A stretch of 21,403 bases of DNA from Candidatus Auribacterota bacterium (GTDB taxonomy: Bacteria > Auribacterota > UBA6266). Positions 7,300 through 14,264 of this stretch are shown one piece after another (position 1 is the stretch's first letter; each line of letters opens with the position of its first letter). The notes under the pieces are model-generated. The model saw nothing but the letters and a program-made list of their open reading frames with translations. It was not told the DNA's origin and made no database searches. Where the stretch lies: contig JAGLRQ010000074.1 of NCBI GenBank assembly GCA_023136205.1, positions 1 through 21,403 on the forward strand. The letters run 5' to 3'. A program made the position numbers and the translations under genes.

Positions 7300-7321
7300 G
7301 TCATTCATAATGTCATTCATA
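7300..7321. repeat. Tandem direct repeat GTCATTCATA x2 (period 12) in the hydC leader
   Basis: + strand has GTCATTCATA at 7300-7309 and 7312-7321, separated by AT. On the mRNA strand this reads TATGAATGAC-AT-TATGAATGAC, ending immediately 5' of the GGGAG RBS. Confidence 0.85.
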
Positions 7322-7348
7322 GTACAGTTATTAATACAATCAAACAAC

Positions 7349-7360
7349 CCAAAATTTTGG
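7349..7360. promoter_or_regulatory. Perfect 12-bp palindrome CCAAAATTTTGG at the predicted hyd transcription start
   Basis: Read directly from the sequence. It lies 4 nt downstream of the putative -10 (7365-7370) on the minus strand. Confidence 0.4.
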
Positions 7361-7364
7361 TCAT

Positions 7365-7392
7365 GCTATATCGTTTCTTATACAAGTGTCAA
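7365..7392 (-). promoter_or_regulatory. Candidate sigma70-type promoter for hydCBA-cmd
   Basis: Minus strand has TTGACA (7392..7387), a 16-nt spacer and TATAGC (7370..7365). The -35 is perfect and the -10 matches 4 of 6. This predicts a leader of about 75 nt. Confidence 0.45.
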
Positions 7393-7396
7393 GCAT

Positions 7397-7419
7397 AAAA
7401 TTACGTACAAAATTACGTA
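7397..7419. promoter_or_regulatory. Tandem 11-mer direct repeat (AAAATTACGTA x2, period 12), a candidate activator/operator site between divergent promoters
   Basis: + strand has AAAATTACGTA at 7397-7407 and 7409-7419. On the minus strand this is TACGTAATTTT-G-TACGTAATTTT, ending 4 nt upstream of the TTGACA -35. Each copy contains the palindrome TACGTA. Confidence 0.4.
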
Positions 7420-7442
7420 ATCGGTAATAAAAATATTTTCAC

Positions 7443-7471
7443 TTGCAAAGCCGCCCTCTTTTTCTTATGAT
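7443..7471 (+). promoter_or_regulatory. Candidate sigma70-type promoter for the DUF481 gene
   Basis: TTGCAA (7443-7448), a 17-nt spacer and TATGAT (7466-7471), about 35 nt upstream of ATG 7508. Confidence 0.4.
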
Positions 7472-7507
7472 TAACAACTCTTTACCGGTGGCAATGTGGA
7501 GAAAGAA

Positions 7508-8404
7508 ATGATACAAAAATTAGTAAGTTTAATTGTCTTTATTTTTCTGGGTGCGCAACTGGCATATACCCACGATGTGATCCTGCATGATGGGAACAAA
7601 TTAATCGGGATCATCACAAAGGTAACTGAAAGCGAAATCTTCCTTGAAACAGATTATGCGGGGGTTCTGACTATTGACAGGGCAAAGGTGAAAAGTTACA
7701 CTCCTGAAGCTTTCAAGGAAAGAGCAGCAGAAATGCCCCCTGGGAAAACCCCGGTTAAATGGACAGGCAAAATTGAAGCCGGCGGTGCTTTTACATCCGG
7801 AAATTCAGATACTAAATCACTAACAGGAAAAACCATGATAAAAAGGGAAACTGATAAAACACGCCTGAATTTAAACGGTATAACAATGTACGGGAAAGAA
7901 GAAGATGTAGAAACAGTAAACTATTCAAAGGGTTCCGGAAAATTCGATTACTTTTTAAACGAAAGATTATACTTATACGCGCTTGGAACAGCAATGCAGG
8001 ACAGGATTGCCAATATTAATCTTCGCGCGAACGGCGGAGGCGGGCTGGGTTACTATTTAATAAAAATGGACAATCTGACCCTGCAGGTTGAAGGTGACGC
8101 GGAAGCTGAATATACAAAAAAACAGGATGAAAAAACAGTCACAGACCCTGTATTAAGATTTGCGGGAATACTGCACTATAAGATAAACGATACAGTCAGG
8201 CTGGAAGCAACCGGACAATATTATCCAAATCTCAAGAACAATGACTTGTATCACGCCGACAGCACAGCCTCTATTATCTTCAAGCTGTATGAAAGGCTAA
8301 ACGCAAAGGTTACGGTACAGATTAACTACGAAAACAGCCCGGCAGATGACAAGAAAAAAACAGATGTGATGGGTTTCGGCAGTTTAGAATACGAACTATT
8401 TTAA
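7508..8404 (+). CDS. DUF481 (YdiY-like) outer-membrane beta-barrel protein with N-terminal extra domain
   Basis: Signal peptide (LVSLIVFIFLGAQLAYT). W-GKIEAGGAFTSGNSDT... followed by alternating beta-strand pattern, and a C-terminal ..YELF aromatic terminus. The track start is GTG 7496. ATG 7508 has a GGAG RBS 6 nt upstream. Confidence 0.7.
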   Translation: MIQKLVSLIVFIFLGAQLAYTHDVILHDGNKLIGIITKVTESEIFLETDYAGVLTIDRAKVKSYTPEAFKERAAEMPPGKTPVKWTGKIEAGGAFTSGNSDTKSLTGKTMIKRETDKTRLNLNGITMYGKEEDVETVNYSKGSGKFDYFLNERLYLYALGTAMQDRIANINLRANGGGGLGYYLIKMDNLTLQVEGDAEAEYTKKQDEKTVTDPVLRFAGILHYKINDTVRLEATGQYYPNLKNNDLYHADSTASIIFKLYERLNAKVTVQINYENSPADDKKKTDVMGFGSLEYELF

Positions 8405-8408
8405 TTTT

Positions 8409-9221
8409 TTATTGCTCTATATATTGTGTCCGGTATCCAATTTTTCCATCGCGATATTCATATATCCTGAAGGTTGCCTGTCTACCCCAATTGCCCGCGA
8501 TGGAAGAAGAAATATAAAGAGGCACTTTCCCCAGCCAGTGATGCTCATCCCGATGAAAGTGCCCCGCGATAACGGCTTTAACATTATATCTGTTAATGAG
8601 AGCTACCCACTTCCTCCGCAAATGCTCTTTCCAATTCTTATACATTTTATTTTGATAGAAATCATCAACAGAAGCTGTATGATGAAATATTATCACAGGT
8701 TTCCCTTCTGATTTATTAAGATACTTTTCGAGCCGCTTGAGGGGCTGGTAATTTTCTACAGTAAATAACTCGATCAACGGTTCTGTGTAGACAAAGATAA
8801 AAACAACATTCTCATATTCTGCCTGTGTAATCAAATCCCCAAAGTTTTCTACATACGCTTTGCATGTGGATGCAAGGTTATGGGGAAGAATATCATGATT
8901 TCCAGGCACATAATGAATTGGAACATTAAGCTCCCGCAATACCGATAAGCCATCTCCCGCAATGGCTTTATCGTTAATCTTATCTGTCGTTATATCCCCG
9001 GTGTGAACCACGCATTTGATTTCCATCGGTAAATTATTGATGCGTTCTACAGCCTTCCTGGTTCTCTCCAAATGGTCACCCTCTCCAAAATGGGTATCCG
9101 TAATTTGGACAAAATAAAAATGAGTCTCAGCCGGTTCCTGAGCATATGTGCCATGCTCCGCTATAAACAGAAGGCTGATCAGTAAAATCAGCCGTGCTGT
9201 AATTAATCTTATTTCGAACAT
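8409..9221 (-). CDS. Secreted calcineurin-like metallophosphoesterase
   Basis: Motifs in canonical order: VQITDTHFGE, HTGDITT, PGNHD, FHHTA, AGHFHRDEH. Signal peptide MFEIRLITARLILLISLLFIAEHGTYA. I prefer ATG 9221 because of its GGAGAG RBS. The track start, GTG 9284, overlaps the upstream stop as GTGA. Confidence 0.85.
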   Translation of the reverse strand: MFEIRLITARLILLISLLFIAEHGTYAQEPAETHFYFVQITDTHFGEGDHLERTRKAVERINNLPMEIKCVVHTGDITTDKINDKAIAGDGLSVLRELNVPIHYVPGNHDILPHNLASTCKAYVENFGDLITQAEYENVVFIFVYTEPLIELFTVENYQPLKRLEKYLNKSEGKPVIIFHHTASVDDFYQNKMYKNWKEHLRRKWVALINRYNVKAVIAGHFHRDEHHWLGKVPLYISSSIAGNWGRQATFRIYEYRDGKIGYRTQYIEQ

Positions 9222-9280
9222 TTTCTCTCTCCAATACTCTGCTCTTGTTAATACAAAAATCTTCCTCTTAACGCTTACGA

Positions 9281-11440
9281 TCACCTGTTATCTTTAAAAA
9301 TAAACAGGCTAACCAACGCTGAAGTGCTTATAATAGATGCTGCCACACAGGATTGAAATATTCCGAGGAGAGGAATAAGAATAGCACTGCCTATCAGGGC
9401 ACCGAAAAACGAGCCGAAAACATCAAGCCCATATGTAAGCCCTGAAACTTTTCCAATCAATCCTTTTTGTTTTTTCAGATATAGCCTGTTTGCAAGCGGG
9501 AACTGGATTCCTCCGACAAAACCCGCGATAACCGGCAGGATTGGGAACACCATATATTCCCAGTACCAGGATGAAGTTCCTCCGATTGAACGCATGCTTA
9601 AAAAAATGAGAGGCAACAACAAAGGATAAATACACATCCCAATCTGTGACAAAACAAAAACCTGCCAGGCGGTTTTTCCCGTATTTATTTTTCCGGCTAC
9701 ATAAGCACCTATTACCAATCCAATCATGAAGAAAGTTATAAGTATGCCCAGGCGGTAATAAAGATACCCATAATAAACCTGAAACATGACAATTATAAGC
9801 ACCTGGAACATAATTTCGGCAAAGCCCGAAGAAAATACCGCAAAAAGGACAGGAAAACCCGTAGGCTTCTTAATAAAAATTCTCAGAACAAAAAGCAGTC
9901 CCGGGATAGCTAAAAACCACCATAGTTTTATTTTCCCGGATTCAACAAGAAGCCTCCTGAACCAGTCTGTAAAAAGAGTACTCCAATAAACTTCGCCATA
10001 ATAATAACAGACAGGTGAATAGTCTGTGTTTATCCTTACATGGGATAGCTCATTTATGCTGTCTTCAAAATATTTTATCCGCCATGGACTTAAGCAATCA
10101 GCAAGGTAATATTGCCGTACATACTTTAAATCAAGGTTCCTTTCTTTTACCCGCTTTTCAAGAACCGCGACATCCTGCGTAAGAATCCCCTTTTTATCCG
10201 ATGCAATATAAAAAAGAAGTTCACCAGGAATAATTATCACATCACGAAAGACAGAATTAACCGTTTCATAAAGACACGCGATAAGAGACTGTGCCTCTCT
10301 GTTTATATAGTTTTCACTAACGGAAATACTGAAAGCAAAAATCCCGCCGGGATTGAGCCTTTCTTTTGCAAAGTAGAAAAACTCTTGTGTGTACATCCTG
10401 TTAATCCGGGCATTCACAGGGTCAGGAAGATTAACAATTATTACATCATATTTTTCGCGGGCCCTTTCCACCCATCTTCGGGCATCTGAGAAAATAACCT
10501 TTACCTTTTTTTGGGAAAGAGATTTATCTACATCTTTTATATGCGTTCTGGCAACCTTTACAAGGTCAGGGTCAAGCTCTACATAATCCAGAGTTTCTAT
10601 AGACGGATGTTTCAATGCCTCTTCCACCCCTCCTCCTAATCCTCCTCCAACCATTAGGATCTTTTCCGGGAAAGGATGCTCAAGAAGAGGAATCTGAACC
10701 GCATATTCCGCAGTCCGTTCATCGGGGATTGTGGCATTCAAAATGCCATTTTCCAAAAGGCTTTTTTGGCCCCGCCCTTTTATCACAGCGATATTCCCAT
10801 AAATGGAATTAACTGTTTTTTCTATCTGAAAACCTCTCCACCTTAACTCTTCTGAAAGTTTTTCAACCGGTTCAGCAATAACAATTAAAAATACAAAAGA
10901 AAACAGTACTGACAAAATAGAAAAAACAGGCCTGCTGTTTTTTAATAACCAGTACACAGAAAGAGAAGCGAGTACTAAAAATATACCACCGGAAATAAAT
11001 ATTCCCCGAAATTTTATGAGAATAAAACTTACGATAAGGCCGCCTGCTACCGCGCCCAGCGCTTCAAAGATGTAAACAGCATTTATAGTTTTATGCGGAG
11101 ATATACGTAAGCCCTCCGCGACACGGCACGCAAAAGAAAACATGGACCCGCTTATAAAACACATTGGAGCCAGAATACAAAAAGATGAAACCCAGATAGG
11201 CAGAATGCCAAATATCTCCCCGGGCCTTACTCCGATTAAAACATTAATACAGCGGATAAAGAAAAATGTAATAATAATCAGGATGGCATATAAAAAAATA
11301 AATCCCGCGAGAGAGCTTTTGAAATAAATTTTTCTTCCCTGGAAAATTTTTGAAGCAATAATGCTGCCCGCGGCAGTCCAGAAAAGCCAGGAAGAAAGGA
11401 CGGCCCCGGCAGAAAGCTCATTCCCGCCGAAAAGAGCCAT
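9281..11440 (-). CDS. Membrane-embedded spermidine-synthase-like (SpeE-fold) fusion protein: N-terminal multi-TM, SAM-MTase-fold domain, C-terminal multi-TM
   Basis: 719-aa ORF. Central ILMVGGGLGGGVEEALKH...YVELDPDLVKVAR...YDVIIVNLPDP is the SpeE/class-I MTase fold. About 7 hydrophobic helices precede it and about 6 follow. The reading frame stays open and hydrophobic upstream to 11572, so the true start is probably upstream of 11440 (see finding). Confidence 0.8.
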   Translation of the reverse strand: MALFGGNELSAGAVLSSWLFWTAAGSIIASKIFQGRKIYFKSSLAGFIFLYAILIIITFFFIRCINVLIGVRPGEIFGILPIWVSSFCILAPMCFISGSMFSFACRVAEGLRISPHKTINAVYIFEALGAVAGGLIVSFILIKFRGIFISGGIFLVLASLSVYWLLKNSRPVFSILSVLFSFVFLIVIAEPVEKLSEELRWRGFQIEKTVNSIYGNIAVIKGRGQKSLLENGILNATIPDERTAEYAVQIPLLEHPFPEKILMVGGGLGGGVEEALKHPSIETLDYVELDPDLVKVARTHIKDVDKSLSQKKVKVIFSDARRWVERAREKYDVIIVNLPDPVNARINRMYTQEFFYFAKERLNPGGIFAFSISVSENYINREAQSLIACLYETVNSVFRDVIIIPGELLFYIASDKKGILTQDVAVLEKRVKERNLDLKYVRQYYLADCLSPWRIKYFEDSINELSHVRINTDYSPVCYYYGEVYWSTLFTDWFRRLLVESGKIKLWWFLAIPGLLFVLRIFIKKPTGFPVLFAVFSSGFAEIMFQVLIIVMFQVYYGYLYYRLGILITFFMIGLVIGAYVAGKINTGKTAWQVFVLSQIGMCIYPLLLPLIFLSMRSIGGTSSWYWEYMVFPILPVIAGFVGGIQFPLANRLYLKKQKGLIGKVSGLTYGLDVFGSFFGALIGSAILIPLLGIFQSCVAASIISTSALVSLFIFKDNR

Positions 11441-11722
11441 AAACTCTCTCAGGATTATAATCTGAGATCCGGTTGCTAAAAACCCAACAATAAAAACCGC
11501 AAATAGTATACTGATAAAACCCCTCCCATTTTCAAAAGTTAAATCTAATAGAAATAAGCAAGGTTTTAAAAATTACAAAATATCAACTAAATTTAGACGA
11601 TTTTTGCTTTTGGTTATTGGAATTTGGAGTTTGTTTGTAATTTGTCATTTGGAATTTATTGCCTGAAATACCGCTATCCCATTAATATATTTTATTAACA
11701 TAATGCCCAACATATATAAAAT

Positions 11723-12499
11723 TTATATTATTCCCACATCACCCGCAAAAATCCAGCCATCCTGATTGTCAATGAGTTTCCCGTAATACCATTTACCTCT
11801 TTTCCCGATTATAAAAATCTCCGTTCCTTCATGAACTCTCAGCTTCAAGGTCTCCCTTTCGCCCGGGCCATATCTCAAAGAAGATTCTTTTACAAGCACT
11901 ATTGCCTGCTCTCTACCGCTAATCGCGCGGCCAACAAGAAAAGAAGAAAATAAAAATAACCACATTATTATCAGGGCTGAAGCAAAATAATAAACTACCC
12001 TTTTAAACTGGACAAAAAAGGAGAGTGAAACAAGAACCATAGCGGCAGAAAAAACAAACGCGCACAGATAAACAATCTCCTTCATTGAAAAATAAGAAAA
12101 AGGCTTTGAAAATATTCTTAAGGCAAGAGGCTTTCGGACAGGAATTATGCGGTCCTGTAGAAAGGAGCTCACATATTTTAAATTGGCTTTTCCCTCGGGA
12201 CTACGAGGGTTTATCTTAAGCACCCGCTTATAATTCAAAATAGATTTACCGATATCCCCCATTCTAAAATAGGCATTCCCAAGATTAAAGTAAACGTCCG
12301 GATTGCCTGGACATTCTTTTTCAAGAGCTTTTTCATACTCATCTACAGCTGCGGAATAGTTATCGTCGTCATAATTCTTGTTTCCTTTCTCTACAAGGGA
12401 TTCAGCCCCTCCATTAAGTGGAAAGCTTAACAAAAATATTAAAAACAATAGCCATAGAGGCACAGAAACACAGAATTTATAAAACTTTAGAAATTCCAT
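11723..12499 (-). CDS. batE: BatE-like TPR + C-terminal SH3b membrane protein
   Basis: Signal/TM, then TPR (AVDEYEKALE..VYFNLGNAYFRMGDIGKSILNYKRVLKINP), two TM helices and an SH3b-like tail (GTEIFIIGKRGKWYYGKL..DGWIFAGDV). It is the last gene of the Bat operon and overlaps batD by 23 nt. Confidence 0.6.
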   Translation of the reverse strand: MEFLKFYKFCVSVPLWLLFLIFLLSFPLNGGAESLVEKGNKNYDDDNYSAAVDEYEKALEKECPGNPDVYFNLGNAYFRMGDIGKSILNYKRVLKINPRSPEGKANLKYVSSFLQDRIIPVRKPLALRIFSKPFSYFSMKEIVYLCAFVFSAAMVLVSLSFFVQFKRVVYYFASALIIMWLFLFSSFLVGRAISGREQAIVLVKESSLRYGPGERETLKLRVHEGTEIFIIGKRGKWYYGKLIDNQDGWIFAGDVGII

Positions 12500-14264
12500 T
12501 TATAACTTCTCCCGCTTCGTCTAAAAGCTTCAACATCTCTTCCTTCGTTATCTTTTTCGATGAAAAAGTTATCATGTCACACTCGTTAAAAATAGTTTTT
12601 ACTTTTTCAATAATATCTTCATCTGCTTTGGAAGTAATCCTGTTTTTTATAAGAGCTGCATCAACTGACGGAGACGGCACATTCAGCCGGCTCCCGATAA
12701 ATTCCCTCACCCCGTTCTTCAAAGCAGTTGAAAAAGCTTTAGCATCCTCATTCCGGGCATAATCGGCGGCGGATAAAAGTAATTTTTTTGTCATTTTTCC
12801 GGAGTTTAATCTCCTCACATATTTTTCATCGGTTCTTAATTTTTCAAGGTGCCCGCTGTACATAAAGGCAAAGATAAAAATCCCCAATCCCAGCATATAA
12901 ATGAAAATTGTCAGGGGAATATTCGCGTCATTACACCTTCTTCGCCCAGGCTGGCATACATCTTTTCTGTAAGCAGGTAAATCCATCTTCTCTTTTACCA
13001 CCTGTTTACCTCTCAGGAAGCTTTCCCCATTGTCTATTGTAACAATTTGGACAGGGCCTCTTTCTTCTCCCTTTTCAACATAAACTTCAATAGCAGACGT
13101 TACAAGAACTTCATACTTAAACGTCTCAGGATCGAAATAAGAAAATTTTGCCGGCGGGATATTAAGGTTTCCCAGGGAAAGAGGAATAATTATATAACTG
13201 AATATTTTTTTTCTCTTGAGTTTCTTACCTGAACCGACCGTTTTCGTTTCCGTTTCTATACCCGCGATTTTAAAACCATCTATATCAGAAATAGGAGCTG
13301 TAAGGCTTCCAAGATTGCCATTACCTGTAATCGTAAATTTAAATGTAAGAGGTTCTCCTTCAGTAAGCCTTTTTTTGCTTATGGCCGCGTCAATGGAATA
13401 CTTTCCCACCTGATTTTTAAAATCAGCCGGCATTTCTGAAACAGGCAAATCCGATACATCCAAAGAATGTTTTTTTCCTTTCACACTTCCCTGTTTGACA
13501 CTTCCTAAAAAACCTCTCTTAACAACTACAACAAATTCGTAATCGGGGCCGGAAATGGAATGTTCTCCCTCCTTGATAGGAAAATACGCTGTCCTGTACT
13601 CCACCACATTAAATATCCTGCCATTAATTCTTTCCTGGAACTTCCTTTCATTTCCAAAGCTGACAGGTATAAAGCCGGGAGATGGAAGCGGGACAGGTCT
13701 CAAAACCCTTAAGTCAAACAGTCTGGCATCGTAATAAAATCTGCTTACAAAAACAACCTGTTCCTCAACATAGGCTGTTTTTTCAACAAAATATTCCTCA
13801 ACAAAAATATTGTCTTCGGCCTTTTTCTTTTTCCCCTCATCAGCTGTAACGCTTTTCACGAGCGGTGACGGGCCTGCCGCCGGAACAATCTTGCTGATCC
13901 CTTTTTTTACCATTATTTTTATAGGCAAGGTGCTGTACTTTTTGCCGCCCTCTTCAAGGTTCACAGACCCTATTACAAGCTCCCCTTCTTTCTTCGGCTT
14001 AAGGACATATACATATTGGATAACCTTAATTGTTTTGAAATTCGTCATAGATATTTGATTAGAAACTCTTGTATCAATAACATAAAAATCACTTAAAGCC
14101 GGCAAAACAGGCTTCTTGGAAAAATCGCCTTCGATATTGACAGAAAACTGCACAGTTTCAGACAGTGTCAGATTTTTTCTGTTAACCTCGGCACTCAATT
14201 CAAGCCCGACAGCATGACCCGCCAAAAACAATATTAATAAAGTAAATACCAGTTTCTTTATCAC
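12477..14264 (-). CDS. batD: BatD-like oxygen-tolerance family protein (periplasmic Ig-like repeats + TM + cytoplasmic helical tail)
   Basis: 595 aa with a signal peptide and repeated beta-sandwich-type segments (LTLSETVQFSVNIEG.., EGEPLTFKFTITGNGN). A single late TM (IFIYMLGLGIFIFAFMY) is followed by a helical tail. The position after batC matches the Bat operon order. Confidence 0.7.
   Translation of the reverse strand: MIKKLVFTLLILFLAGHAVGLELSAEVNRKNLTLSETVQFSVNIEGDFSKKPVLPALSDFYVIDTRVSNQISMTNFKTIKVIQYVYVLKPKKEGELVIGSVNLEEGGKKYSTLPIKIMVKKGISKIVPAAGPSPLVKSVTADEGKKKKAEDNIFVEEYFVEKTAYVEEQVVFVSRFYYDARLFDLRVLRPVPLPSPGFIPVSFGNERKFQERINGRIFNVVEYRTAYFPIKEGEHSISGPDYEFVVVVKRGFLGSVKQGSVKGKKHSLDVSDLPVSEMPADFKNQVGKYSIDAAISKKRLTEGEPLTFKFTITGNGNLGSLTAPISDIDGFKIAGIETETKTVGSGKKLKRKKIFSYIIIPLSLGNLNIPPAKFSYFDPETFKYEVLVTSAIEVYVEKGEERGPVQIVTIDNGESFLRGKQVVKEKMDLPAYRKDVCQPGRRRCNDANIPLTIFIYMLGLGIFIFAFMYSGHLEKLRTDEKYVRRLNSGKMTKKLLLSAADYARNEDAKAFSTALKNGVREFIGSRLNVPSPSVDAALIKNRITSKADEDIIEKVKTIFNECDMITFSSKKITKEEMLKLLDEAGEVINGISKVL

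Noticed and set aside
7310-7420. 36-aa + strand ORF spanning the hyd promoter region.
   Set aside because: It has no RBS and lies across the predicted promoter/operator elements, so it is likely fortuitous.
7305-7495. Searched for Rex (TTGTGAA-N-TTCACAA), FNR (TTGAT-N4-ATCAA) or CRP-like sites upstream of the hydrogenase operon.
   Set aside because: Only loose resemblances such as TTGATTGTATTAAT and TTTCACTTGCAAA were found. Neither half-site pair matches well enough to call.
9222-9284. GTG 9284 start for the metallophosphoesterase (GTGA overlap with the upstream stop).
   Set aside because: It is possible. However, it would add 21 residues in front of an obvious signal peptide, whereas ATG 9221 has a GGAGAG RBS. 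It is kept as an alternative only.
11648-11664. Possible sigma-54 element TGGAATTTATTGC.
   Set aside because: The GG-to-GC spacing is 10, not 12, and it points into the 3' end of a convergently oriented gene.
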